From an uncultured bacterium (GTDB lineage: Bacteria; Patescibacteriota; Microgenomatia; UBA1400; PJMF01): DNA of 64,000 nt. Positions 10,945 through 20,837 of the stretch are shown piece after piece (the stretch's first letter is position 1; each line of letters starts with the position of its first letter). Both the position numbers and the translations under genes were made by a program. Where the stretch lies: NCBI GenBank assembly GCA_903842795.1, contig CAIMNJ010000013.1, positions 69,302 through 133,301 of the forward strand, read 5' to 3'. The notes beneath the pieces are model-generated. The model saw only the letters and a program-made list of their open reading frames with translations. It was not told the DNA's origin and made no database searches.

Positions 10945-12138
10945 ATGTCTGATCTTGCTAAGCCTCTTGCTGCCTTAATTCGTCCTGAATCTCTTGCTGA
11001 TTTTATTGGTCAAGAACATCTGGTGGGATCTGGTAAGCCGATCAGCACAGCCATGGCTTTGCAGGCGGTTTTTTCGATGATTTTTTGGGGTCCTCCTGGA
11101 GTAGGCAAGACCACTCTGGCGCGCATTATTGCTCATGAGAGTGATCGCCAATTTATTGAAATTTCTGCAGTGTCTGCAGGTAAGGCGGATATTCGCAAAA
11201 TTGTTGATGATAGCCGTAAGCAAAAAGGCTTGCTGGAAGATTATCGTGCGCCAATTCTTTTTATTGATGAGATCCACCGTTTCAATAAGGCTCAGCAAGA
11301 TTATTTGTTACCTTTTGTCGAAGAAGGCGTCCTGATTTTAATTGGTGCGACCACCGAGAATCCTTCTTTTGAAGTGATCTCGCCTTTGCTTTCCCGCATG
11401 AGAGTTTTCATTTTTAAGGCTCTTGGTGAAGAGGAGATGAAAAAAGTCCTACAAATGGCGGTTAAAAAATTAGGCAAAAAGCTAAAAATCCCAAGCAAAA
11501 GTGAAGAGTTTCTGCTCAATTACAGTGGAGGTGATGCACGTAAACTGCTAACTTTGATTGATAACACTTTTACCCTTTATGGCGATTTGAAGCTCGAATC
11601 ACTCAAGAATTCTTTGCAATCCAAGCACCTCAGTTATGATAAAAAAGGGGCGCAGCACTACGAAACGATTAGTGCCTTTATCAAAAGCATGCGAGCTAGT
11701 AATGCTGATGCGGCCGTCTATTATCTGGCTAGAATGGTGGAAGCCGGCGAAGATCCACTTTTTATTGCTCGCCGCATGGTCATTTTTGCCTCCGAGGATA
11801 TTGGTTTGGCAGCTCCCACCGCTTTGGTTGTTGCCAACGCTGTTTTTAGTGCCTGTCAGATTATTGGTTATCCAGAATGTGCCATCAATCTTGTTCATGG
11901 AGTGACTTATCTCGCCAACGCCCCCAAAAATCGCACTGCCTACGAAGCCTTGCGCACTGCCCAAGCCGATGTGCAGGCCTATGGTAATCTCGACATTCCC
12001 ATCAATCTCAAAAATGCCGACACTAAGCTGCTCAAAGAAATTGGCTATGGCAAGGGCTATGAAATGTATCCTGACAAGGAAACAAGCTTGCTGCCAGAAA
12101 AGCTAAAGGGGAAGAAATATCTCAAGGTTAAAAAATAA
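10945..12138 (+). CDS. rarA: Replication-associated recombination protein A (MgsA/RarA)
   Basis: [44 protein letters not shown]. Confidence 0.95.
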   Translation: MSDLAKPLAALIRPESLADFIGQEHLVGSGKPISTAMALQAVFSMIFWGPPGVGKTTLARIIAHESDRQFIEISAVSAGKADIRKIVDDSRKQKGLLEDYRAPILFIDEIHRFNKAQQDYLLPFVEEGVLILIGATTENPSFEVISPLLSRMRVFIFKALGEEEMKKVLQMAVKKLGKKLKIPSKSEEFLLNYSGGDARKLLTLIDNTFTLYGDLKLESLKNSLQSKHLSYDKKGAQHYETISAFIKSMRASNADAAVYYLARMVEAGEDPLFIARRMVIFASEDIGLAAPTALVVANAVFSACQIIGYPECAINLVHGVTYLANAPKNRTAYEALRTAQADVQAYGNLDIPINLKNADTKLLKEIGYGKGYEMYPDKETSLLPEKLKGKKYLKVKK

Positions 12139-12157
12139 ATGTTTTACGCTATGCGCA

Positions 12158-12267
12158 GCATCTTTCGTACCAGCTGTTTTTTGCTTGTGCAAAAAAGCAG
12201 GGTCCGAACTTCGCTTTGCATCTTTCGTACCAGCTGCTTTTTGTTTTGCAAAAAGACAGGGTCCGAA
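12158..12267. repeat. Two tandem ~50-bp palindromic repeats (period 60)
   Basis: GCATCTTTCGTACCAGCTG...CAGGGTCCGAA at 12158-12208 and 12218-12267; each folds into a hairpin. Confidence 0.85.
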
Positions 12268-12294
12268 ATATAATACCCTAGTTGAGATAATTAA

Positions 12295-12372
12295 GCACCC
12301 ATAGCTCAGTCTGGATAGAGCGTTTGTTTGCGGAACAAAAGATCGTGCGTTCGAATCGCACTGGGTGCACCA
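12295..12372 (+). tRNA. tRNA-Arg (anticodon GCG), CCA encoded
   Basis: Acceptor GCACCCA/TGGGTGC, D-stem GCTC/GAGC, anticodon arm TTTGT-TTGCGGA-ACAAA, T-loop TTCGAAT. Confidence 0.93.
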
Positions 12373-12390
12373 AATCACAATAACAGTACC

Positions 12391-12420
12391 AAACACCCCA
12401 CTCGGGTGTTTTTTTGTTTT
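12391..12420 (+). terminator. Rho-independent terminator after tRNA-Arg
   Basis: AAACACCC-cactc-GGGTGTTT followed by T-tract. Confidence 0.75.
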
Positions 12421-12454
12421 TAGTGTTAGAATTTAGAAGTTCCTACAGATCTAA

Positions 12455-12536
12455 GGAAGGGTCGCATAGCGGCTATTGCATCAGCCTCGAAAACTGACGC
12501 CTTCGGGCACCGCGGGTTCGAGTCCCGCCCCTTCCG
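12455..12536 (+). tRNA. tRNA-Ser (anticodon CGA), CCA not encoded
   Basis: Acceptor GGAAGGG/CCCTTCC, anticodon loop CTCGAAA, long variable arm, T-arm GCGGG-TTCGAGT-CCCGC, discriminator G. Confidence 0.9.
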
Positions 12537-12775
12537 CAAGTAACACAAATTATCTTGATAGACCCATCCTTTTACCGTATTAGCTTGATGCAGTCGACTT
12601 AATTTTTACCGAAAAAGGTTGATTCTCGTTTTACAGCCTGTATAAAACGAAACCTTGAGTTATTAGATACTAAAACTCATATTGAAAACCTCTTCTCATC
12701 TTTAATATAGTTGCGAAATGACGAACAAAAGAAATTTAAAGATTATCCAAATTGGCTTCTTTAATAAAATAAATT

Positions 12776-14071
12776 TTAGTGAAGGCTCAAAACCTTATTC
12801 TTCAAAACAAACCTTGTTTTCAGACAGGATAATATTTGTTGGCGGTCACTTGCTGATCCAGTTTTTAGAATATGTTCTAAATATGTTTTGGCCATTTCTG
12901 TATTGTTTAGTTTCACAGCAGATAGTTCAAGCTCTTCTAAATTTCCAGATAAATATTCTTGATTGAGTACCTCTGATCTTAATCTATGAAATTTCTCAAT
13001 GTCACTTCTAATTTGTTTCGAAATCTTTGCCTCATCAATTTTAATTTTAGGTAATAGTGTTAGCAGCTGATCGATTAAATCTTGCTCAGTAATATATGGC
13101 TCATTGCAATCGTAATCTACAGTTTTAGTACAGTGATAATAAATATAGGTAGCCTCTCCGCCATATTTTAATTTCTTATGTTTTTCCTCTGGAATAACTT
13201 GTGCTCCACATCTGCCACATGTACAAATTCCTCTAAAACCATAACCATTTTTCTTCCAAGTTTTTGGAGTGGTAATAAGTTGCTTTTGCACTTTCATAAA
13301 TAAATCGTGAGAAATTAGTGGTGGGTGAGTACCTTTATATAGCACTTCACCAAATTCAAACTCACCGTAGTAAAAACTATTCTTAAGAGTGGAGAAGACT
13401 TTGCTCAATGCTAATTGTTTCCCAGACCTCGTGGTAAATCCTATTCTGTCCAACCATCGTTTAATCATTCTTCCTGAATAATGCTCTTCGCCAACTTTCT
13501 CAAACATTTGGGTAACAAATGGTGCTCTCTCCTCATCAACAATTATTTCTCTAATGCGATCATTTTTAATAATATTTAGATATCCTATTGGAGCATAACC
13601 AGGTCTAATGCCCATTTCACACTTGGCTCTAAGGCCTCGTTTAACATTAACTCCACGATTATCATTTTCTAGTTTTGCTTGTGAGCAGAGAATCATGAGC
13701 AAAAACTTTTCATTTGGGCTATTGGTAAAACTTTGAGAATAGGTTTGGATCTTTAGCAACTTGCCTTGATCCATCAGATCAACTAGTGAGCCCAAATCGC
13801 CAGCATTTCTGCTTAGTCTATCAGGAGCCCAAGTTAAAATAGCATTATATTTTTCTTCTCTAATTTCTTTAAGTATTTCAACAAATAGTGGTCTAGCTCC
13901 AGAGGCTTTGGCCGAGTGACTTTCACGCTTAATTTCGACTATTTTGAGGCCCTCACGCTCGGCCAATGTGGTCATTTCTTTAATCTGGGAGTCGATAGAC
14001 ATTGTTTGTCGTTCATCAGACTCTGATGACTTTCTAGAGTAGAGGCAGTATTTGATTTCTGAGCTTTTCAT
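12776..14071 (-). CDS. Large serine recombinase (resolvase, recombinase and zinc-ribbon domains)
   Basis: YSRKS catalytic motif, DRLSRN, CTCGRCG..C ribbon. Confidence 0.93.
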   Translation of the reverse strand: MKSSEIKYCLYSRKSSESDERQTMSIDSQIKEMTTLAEREGLKIVEIKRESHSAKASGARPLFVEILKEIREEKYNAILTWAPDRLSRNAGDLGSLVDLMDQGKLLKIQTYSQSFTNSPNEKFLLMILCSQAKLENDNRGVNVKRGLRAKCEMGIRPGYAPIGYLNIIKNDRIREIIVDEERAPFVTQMFEKVGEEHYSGRMIKRWLDRIGFTTRSGKQLALSKVFSTLKNSFYYGEFEFGEVLYKGTHPPLISHDLFMKVQKQLITTPKTWKKNGYGFRGICTCGRCGAQVIPEEKHKKLKYGGEATYIYYHCTKTVDYDCNEPYITEQDLIDQLLTLLPKIKIDEAKISKQIRSDIEKFHRLRSEVLNQEYLSGNLEELELSAVKLNNTEMAKTYLEHILKTGSASDRQQILSCLKTRFVLKNKVLSLH

Positions 14072-14156
14072 AGCAGTTTTCCTTCAATTAGTGAAGGTAC
14101 CGCAAAGAAATTAGAAGTCTAGTACAAAAACAAAAAACTAGTGATATTATTCATTT

Positions 14157-15125
14157 GTGAAAGAAAATGCTGAAACAGCAAAGAAATATCTAGAATTAAT
14201 TGCAGGTGGGTCTTTTTTATTTGTGTTGATGGGTTATTTTTTTGGATACTCAATTTTTTTCTCTTTTTTGCATTCCATGCTTGGGCTGCCGGTGTTAACA
14301 AGTATGATTTTTCCACCAAGTCAAATATTGTTTCTCGGTTATTTAATTATATTCAGTTTATTAATTTCAATTTTTGTTACTTCTCAGATTTATGGTAGAT
14401 CTGACGGAGTTTCTTTCTCAGAGCTAATATTTGCAGGAGTATTTTTAGGAATGTGGAGTTCTAACATCAAATTCCACGTGTTTCATTTTGAATTTTCTTC
14501 ATTATTAACTAAATTATTTGGCACATTAATTTTAATTATTATTGTTTTTGTATATTTTTATCTGTTACGTTTCAGAAATAAACGTAAAAATAAAAAATTA
14601 AAGCTAAAAAAGCATGAAGAATTTTTTTCAACTGCTTGGCTAGTGTATCTTTTCGCTATATTATTACCAATATTTTCCTCTAGAGGAGAACATATTATTG
14701 GTGCAAAAACTGATATTGTTACTATATTTTCAACTTTTTATTTTGAAATTTATTATGTTGTTTCTCTATTGGTTATTTTATTTAATTGGTTTATTGAGGA
14801 GAAAAACAATAAAAAGAAGTCTAAATTTGTAACTGGACTCATTTTTTTGACTACAATTTTATTTTTAATATATCAATTTTCTTCAATTTTTGGCAAAGCC
14901 ATAGCTGAGAGTTATATAAAAAACCAAGAAGGAATGTTTTCATCAATTTCATTTGGACTAAATAAAGAAATAGATATAAACGGTTCTAACAAAACTTCTA
15001 AATTAAACAATCTTTTTTTGCTATCAAAAGATAATGATTCTTATTATGTTTTTCAAATGAATCCAAATAAATTAATATCTATCGAATCTAGCACAGTTGA
15101 CTTCGCAACGATGCCGGATAATTAA
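14157..15125 (+). CDS. AT-rich multi-TM hypothetical protein
   Basis: About 7 hydrophobic helices; cargo-like position between recombinase and terminase. Confidence 0.6.
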   Translation: MKENAETAKKYLELIAGGSFLFVLMGYFFGYSIFFSFLHSMLGLPVLTSMIFPPSQILFLGYLIIFSLLISIFVTSQIYGRSDGVSFSELIFAGVFLGMWSSNIKFHVFHFEFSSLLTKLFGTLILIIIVFVYFYLLRFRNKRKNKKLKLKKHEEFFSTAWLVYLFAILLPIFSSRGEHIIGAKTDIVTIFSTFYFEIYYVVSLLVILFNWFIEEKNNKKKSKFVTGLIFLTTILFLIYQFSSIFGKAIAESYIKNQEGMFSSISFGLNKEIDINGSNKTSKLNNLFLLSKDNDSYYVFQMNPNKLISIESSTVDFATMPDN

Positions 15126-15129
15126 GGTT

Positions 15130-16563
15130 TTATATCCACCCAATTTGTGGCTCATATTCGCTTAAATATTCTCTGTGTTTTGAACAAGCCAAAGTAAAAG
15201 CGTCAGCTAAATCATCAAACCTCTCGCTACCAAAGAAAAGAAGCTGATTAATGAGTTCTTCAGCTCCTTTTCTTGGAAATAAGATTTGACCTTTGCTAAC
15301 TTGCGTTGATGCCGACCAAAGCCTTGTGCTTTTATCTTGTCCTTTAATAGGAACACCTTCTACTGGTAGGTCATGGCTTTTTAATTGGTCTACTAAGGCT
15401 ACTTGCTGACCAGCTTGTTCAACAATAATTTTGACCGTATGAGATCTGCCAATCGTCTTGTAAATGCTAGCTATTAAATCAATCAACTCTGGACTATTCC
15501 ATTTACCGCTATAAATAGTTTCGTGGATATACATCTTTTTATCATCGTGACCAAAGTCATAAAATGATGAGCAAATGATCGCAGTCTTATCAGCTTCTTT
15601 AGTAGTAGAAAAGGCTGGATCGATGCTAATAACGTAATAAGACAAATACTTATCATCGGGAAATTGGTCGTAATACTGAATCCACTCTGGCTTAATAATT
15701 TGCTCATTACTATTAATTGCCTTCAGTAAATATTCTCTAGCAAAATCAATTTCAGTAAGACTGTTTTTAAGCCTATCGACTTCTTTTTGGTTTGGATATT
15801 TTCCTTGCCATAAGCAGCTGCCATCTTCATTAAGAAGCGGGTATTCGCGATAGTATCCAATCCTTTTGCCACTTTGAATCGATTCTCTAAGACGCATCAT
15901 CGCAGAATCTTTATGAACTAGATTGCCGATAAAAACATATGAAGTTTCTGGATTGCCAATTGGAATTAGCTCACCATTAACAAACTCCCAAAGTTTATCT
16001 CTTTGTTCTAAGGTCTTCGCTGACTGCACGTCCTCAATATCGTCAGCAATGATTAAATCTGGTCTATAAGCACCATGTCTAATTCCACGAATTGATTCAC
16101 TCACTGAGACCGCAGAAATTCTTGCCTTATGTTCTTGCAATACTAAGCTAGCAGAATTCCATTCTGAAGTTTCAGCTGTCAGAAATGGCCCAAAATCATT
16201 AATTAGTAGTTCATTAGTTTCTAATTCTTGTCTGATGTTATAAAGAGTTTGACTTGATCTACTTTGGCTTTGGCAAACAATAACCACGAATTTTTTCTGA
16301 TTGGTACAAATAGTGTTCCAAAGAGGCAAAATTAAGGAGCAGAGTGTTGACTTTGCACTACCTCTAAAAGCCACTATGCAGCTTAAACCAGGTTCTTTAT
16401 TAGTTATTAGGTCAATAATCTCACGATGAAATGCTGGCTGTTTATATTGCAGAAAATGAGGAAAGTACAAAGTCAGAAACCACTGGAAACTTTGTTTAGC
16501 CAGCATTCTACGACCAACTCTTGTTTGAATTAAATCATCGATAGCTTCAAATTTATTTTGCAT
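15130..16563 (-). CDS. Phage terminase large subunit-like protein
   Basis: Walker A-like FRGSAKST, IRG..HGAYRPDLIIADDIED, nuclease IDPA and DDLADA; GGAGG SD before 16563. Confidence 0.85.
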   Translation of the reverse strand: MQNKFEAIDDLIQTRVGRRMLAKQSFQWFLTLYFPHFLQYKQPAFHREIIDLITNKEPGLSCIVAFRGSAKSTLCSLILPLWNTICTNQKKFVVIVCQSQSRSSQTLYNIRQELETNELLINDFGPFLTAETSEWNSASLVLQEHKARISAVSVSESIRGIRHGAYRPDLIIADDIEDVQSAKTLEQRDKLWEFVNGELIPIGNPETSYVFIGNLVHKDSAMMRLRESIQSGKRIGYYREYPLLNEDGSCLWQGKYPNQKEVDRLKNSLTEIDFAREYLLKAINSNEQIIKPEWIQYYDQFPDDKYLSYYVISIDPAFSTTKEADKTAIICSSFYDFGHDDKKMYIHETIYSGKWNSPELIDLIASIYKTIGRSHTVKIIVEQAGQQVALVDQLKSHDLPVEGVPIKGQDKSTRLWSASTQVSKGQILFPRKGAEELINQLLFFGSERFDDLADAFTLACSKHREYLSEYEPQIGWI

Positions 16564-16564
16564 A

Positions 16565-16984
16565 CTAGTCACCTCCCTCATTAGAAGACATCAGCTCCAA
16601 AGCAGTTAAAACTTTTTCTTGCTGTTCAGGAGTTAAAGATTCCTGTGGAGCTATCGGAGTGAGCTCCACTCTTGTTCGATAATCTGGATGGTTATGTTTT
16701 AGCCAATAAGCAATGGCTTGGAAACTTTTATCTTTAATGCTGCTAATTAGCTGAGACTCAGCCATGTCGTTAACCATGGCTTTGCCTTCAGATAAAGAGC
16801 CTCGAGCTTTTTCAGCGAATTCAGCATCGTCTTTGCACCAGCGATAAAAAGTTGCTCTACCAACGCCAGCCCTTTCACAGGCAATCTGAACGATTGGCAT
16901 TTTCCTAAGTTGCTCAATTAGTTCTAATTTGTCATTAGCGATGCGATCGACAATTGTTATCTTTTGTTTAGTTTGCTTTGGCAT
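16565..16984 (-). CDS. HTH protein, terminase small subunit-like (phBC6A51-like)
   Basis: ACERAGVGRATFYRW HTH, AIAYWLK motif, directly upstream of terL. Confidence 0.7.
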   Translation of the reverse strand: MPKQTKQKITIVDRIANDKLELIEQLRKMPIVQIACERAGVGRATFYRWCKDDAEFAEKARGSLSEGKAMVNDMAESQLISSIKDKSFQAIAYWLKHNHPDYRTRVELTPIAPQESLTPEQQEKVLTALELMSSNEGGD

Positions 16985-16985
16985 T

Positions 16986-18317
16986 TTAGGAAATCCTTTC
17001 TGCCTTAATACCAGTTAACTTTTCGTATCGTTTGCAAATCACTTCAGCATAAGTTGGACATTTTTCCATAATGTAGCAACGACGCTTCATTTTTGTGGCT
17101 GCGATTAGAGTCGAGCCACTTCCACCAAATGGTTCAAAAACTAAATCACCTCTTTTGGTGAGAACCTTAATGTATGGAATTAGAATCTCCGTAGGTTTGG
17201 TGCCAAAAACTACTCCCTGACCTGAGCTTTTCTCGTCGCTAGCGTTAAATTCAATAAAGTCAGTTGGCTGATATTTTTTACCTTTCTCGTAACCTTCCCA
17301 CTGAGGCTTTCCAGAAATGGCATAAAGAGCTGTCTGATATTCTTCTTGCAAACCATCCAGTTCTTCATCGTGGTTGTATTCAACGTCAGCTTCTTTGGAA
17401 GCACCGACCATTGCAATGTCATGCTTACTAAAGAATTTATACTTGGCACTAAATCCCTGATGACGATTAGGAATGTGCCAAACAATCATGTTTTTAACTT
17501 TCCAATATTTTTCCATCTCTACCCAGATAGTGCGCAGGTTTTTCCAGTTCTCGTAAACAATAATTGAGAAATGTTCAGCCTGCACCTTGGCAATATTAGC
17601 CATCCATAGTTCAGTAAAGTTGTCTGGAAGCACGTCAGTCATTAAATACTTGCGATCACGCTTATATCCGAAGCCTTCAGTGGCCTTACCGTGCTTAGTT
17701 TTGCCATGTAGATAATCCAAAATGTATGGTGGGTCAGTAAGAGTTAGATCCACTTTCTCATTGCCGATTAATTTCAGAACATCTGCCTCTATAGTAGAGT
17801 CGCCGATCATTAATTTGCTCTCACCTAGTTGATAGACTTCACCATTCTTCATTTTGATTTCATTAATGTTGAGTTTGGCTAATTCTTTCTTTAGATCAAA
17901 TTGCTCTGGGACAGCTAAATCTAAATTAAAAATGTTGTCTAGCTCTTCGCTACTAAAACCAACATCTTCCAATATTTCTGGAGCGAAGCCCTTTAGTAAT
18001 TCCCAATCCCATTCACCAGTTGCTCGATTAAGTCTTAGATTTAGATCTTTCTCTTTCTCCAAATCTGGGATGTCTAGGTAGACAACTGGCACTTCATTTA
18101 TGCCCAGCTCTTTGGCAGCCGCAATTCTCATGTGGCCACCAATAAGAGTGTTTAGTCTTTCAGAAGTAGAATTTGCGATAACTGGGTCAACGAAGCCATA
18201 AAGACTTAGGCTTTCCTTTAGTTTCTCCAAGGCTTCTTTATTCCACTTGCGCGGATTGTATGAGGCGAGATTTAGTTTCTCGATCTTAACTTGTACTATG
18301 TCTAGCTTATTTGGCAT
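16986..18317 (-). CDS. ParB-domain / DNA modification methyltransferase fusion
   Basis: N-terminal YNPR and GGHMR (ParB); DPPY and EPFGGSGST (MTase). Confidence 0.9.
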   Translation of the reverse strand: MPNKLDIVQVKIEKLNLASYNPRKWNKEALEKLKESLSLYGFVDPVIANSTSERLNTLIGGHMRIAAAKELGINEVPVVYLDIPDLEKEKDLNLRLNRATGEWDWELLKGFAPEILEDVGFSSEELDNIFNLDLAVPEQFDLKKELAKLNINEIKMKNGEVYQLGESKLMIGDSTIEADVLKLIGNEKVDLTLTDPPYILDYLHGKTKHGKATEGFGYKRDRKYLMTDVLPDNFTELWMANIAKVQAEHFSIIVYENWKNLRTIWVEMEKYWKVKNMIVWHIPNRHQGFSAKYKFFSKHDIAMVGASKEADVEYNHDEELDGLQEEYQTALYAISGKPQWEGYEKGKKYQPTDFIEFNASDEKSSGQGVVFGTKPTEILIPYIKVLTKRGDLVFEPFGGSGSTLIAATKMKRRCYIMEKCPTYAEVICKRYEKLTGIKAERIS

Positions 18318-18490
18318 AAGCGTTCCTTTCTTTGCCAGTTTCTAATATTTTTTGGATCAAACTGTCATATACTTTAATTATATTGAAAACGAGTGATTCT
18401 TTTACTAATTTTAGGAAATTGCTTTTTTTGAAACAAAAAAAGCCCAGTTTAATAAATGAGGTTTTTGATCGGTAGAGTACAATAGTGAAT

Positions 18491-20824
18491 ATGGATAAAG
18501 AAGCAAGTGCGAGACTCATTATTAACAAACTGCTTGAACAAGCTGGTTGGGTTCTGGTTAATAGTGATCAAATAAAAGCGAACGTTGATGTTGAAAATCA
18601 CCTAGTAGATGATGAGGAAAAGGAAAACAGTGGTTTTGCTGACTATGTCCTTTACGGACAAGATAGAAAACCAGTTGCTGTTATTGAAGCCAAGAGAAGT
18701 CAAATCGATCCCTTAGACGCTAAAGAGCAGGCGCGCATTTATGCTCAACAGCTAGGTGTTAGATGGGTGCTACTTTCTAATGGTGAAAAACACTACCAGT
18801 GGAATATTGAAGAAGGTAATCCAGAAGAAATCACTCGTTTTCCATCACAGGAGTCACTTGAATCAAACGTAAGCATTAAAAGAGATGCTGATTCACTAAT
18901 TAGTGAAGTTGTTGGCGATGATTATGTAGCTCTCACTCAAAACCCAATTTATCGACAAGATCCACGCTGGCAAACTGCAGATGGTAGAAAGCAAATGATT
19001 CAAACAGATAAATTGCGTTTTTTACGTGATTATCAATTGGATGCTATCAAATCAATTCAAAAAGCAGTTTCTACTGGCAAGAAAAGTTTTCTTTTTGAAA
19101 TGGCTACTGGGACAGGTAAGACCTTAACTGCTGCTGCTATTATTAAACTATTTATCAAAACTCAGAATGCTTCAAGAGTTTTATTTTTAGTTGATCGTTT
19201 GGAATTAGAAAATCAAGCCTTTAAAAATTTCCGTGATTATCTAAAACCAGATATCACGACTGTAATTTACAAAGAACATAAAGACGATTGGCACAGAGCT
19301 GAAGTAGTGGTGACTACTGTGCAAAGCATTATGAATGATGCTAAATTCCAAGATATTTTTAATCCTAATGATTTTGATTTAATTATCTCTGACGAAGCTC
19401 ATCGCGCTATTGGTGGTGATGGTGCTAGTCGTAGAGTTTTTGAATATTTCTCTGGATACAAACTAGGTTTAACAGCAACTCCAAAAGATTATCTTAAGAA
19501 TCTAGATACCAGCAAACTGGCAGAAACAGATCCTCGCCAGCTTGAAAAACGCACCCAACTCTCAACTTACGAAATCTTTGGTTGCGCTAGTGGCGAACCA
19601 ACTTTTCGCTACACTCTGCTAGATGGAGTTAAAGATGGATATCTTATCAATCCATATGTGCTCGACTGCCGTACTAAAGTAACCACCCAATTACTTTCCG
19701 ATGAAGGCTATTCTGTGGCTAATAACTCAGATGATAGTGGTGATGAAGAGGCCATCTACCATGCTGGTGATTTTGAGAAGAAGTTTTTTAGTGAAGATAC
19801 CAATCGCAAATTTGTCGAACTATTTTTTAGGAAAGCTCTGCGTGATCCAATTTCTAAAGAAATTGGCAAAACTATTGTTTTTTGTGTTAGCCAAAATCAT
19901 GCCAGAAAAATTACTCAACTGATGAATGAATATGCTTATGAATATTTTAATGGGTTATACAACTCAGATTTTGCCATTCAAATTACTTCCAATATACGCG
20001 ATGCTCAACCATTTACAATTAAATTTTCCAATAATAATCTAAGTGGAAACTCTCGTCATTTAGAAAATTACAAAACTAGCAAAACTAGAGTTTGTATCAC
20101 TGTCGGTATGATGACAACTGGTTATGATTGTCCAGATTTGCTAAATATTTGTTTGATGAGACCAATTTTTTCACCTCAAGATTTTGTGCAAATCAAAGGT
20201 CGCGGTACTCGTAAACACATCTTTAATTATTCTGAACGTCTAAATGGTCAAGAAGTTGAACAAAATGCAAATAAAGAGCGATTTAATCTTTTTGATTTCT
20301 TTGCAAACTGTGAATTTTTTGAAAATGATTACCCATACGATGAAACGCCACAGTTGCCAAAGATTAGAGAAAAAACTGTTGATGGTAAAAATGGTTTGAA
20401 CGGTAACATAATAGTTGATTATGGTTTTTCTCCAGAAGAATTTGCTCATAATCGTAAATCAGCAGATCAAATTGCAGATATTAAGGAAAAACAAATTGGC
20501 TATGAAGGCATGAATATTGATTCTAAGCTTTACAACATGTTGCGAGACAAAGCTAATTCGGCAGCTTTAAAAAAATCTGAAATAGAAAAACAAGCTCAAG
20601 ATTGGTGGAGTGAATTTTCTAGACAACTTACAGTAACTTATGATTTGATGGATGAAATTAAATCTCTTTTTGATTTAGTGGTTTTTGACGAACAAATTTT
20701 CCAAGATCTAAGCAATCACGAATTTAGTAAATATGCTAACATGCCGGAATTGTGGAATTTACTTAATTCATTAGGAAGAACCTGGATTGATCGAGTTGTA
20801 AATTTTATTAAACAGAAAAAATAA
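18491..20824 (+). CDS. hsdR: Type I restriction enzyme R subunit (EcoEI-like)
   Basis: ADYVL..IEAK nuclease motif, MATGTGKT, DEAHR, LTATP, QIKGRGTR. Confidence 0.9.
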   Translation: MDKEASARLIINKLLEQAGWVLVNSDQIKANVDVENHLVDDEEKENSGFADYVLYGQDRKPVAVIEAKRSQIDPLDAKEQARIYAQQLGVRWVLLSNGEKHYQWNIEEGNPEEITRFPSQESLESNVSIKRDADSLISEVVGDDYVALTQNPIYRQDPRWQTADGRKQMIQTDKLRFLRDYQLDAIKSIQKAVSTGKKSFLFEMATGTGKTLTAAAIIKLFIKTQNASRVLFLVDRLELENQAFKNFRDYLKPDITTVIYKEHKDDWHRAEVVVTTVQSIMNDAKFQDIFNPNDFDLIISDEAHRAIGGDGASRRVFEYFSGYKLGLTATPKDYLKNLDTSKLAETDPRQLEKRTQLSTYEIFGCASGEPTFRYTLLDGVKDGYLINPYVLDCRTKVTTQLLSDEGYSVANNSDDSGDEEAIYHAGDFEKKFFSEDTNRKFVELFFRKALRDPISKEIGKTIVFCVSQNHARKITQLMNEYAYEYFNGLYNSDFAIQITSNIRDAQPFTIKFSNNNLSGNSRHLENYKTSKTRVCITVGMMTTGYDCPDLLNICLMRPIFSPQDFVQIKGRGTRKHIFNYSERLNGQEVEQNANKERFNLFDFFANCEFFENDYPYDETPQLPKIREKTVDGKNGLNGNIIVDYGFSPEEFAHNRKSADQIADIKEKQIGYEGMNIDSKLYNMLRDKANSAALKKSEIEKQAQDWWSEFSRQLTVTYDLMDEIKSLFDLVVFDEQIFQDLSNHEFSKYANMPELWNLLNSLGRTWIDRVVNFIKQKK

Positions 20825-20837
20825 ATAATTCAAACCT

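Noticed and set aside
12158-12267. Possible CRISPR array
   Set aside because: Only two ~50-bp units with a 9-bp gap, and no cas genes in the window.
12103-12396. 97 aa minus-strand ORF
   Set aside because: Antisense to tRNA-Arg and the tandem repeat; spurious.
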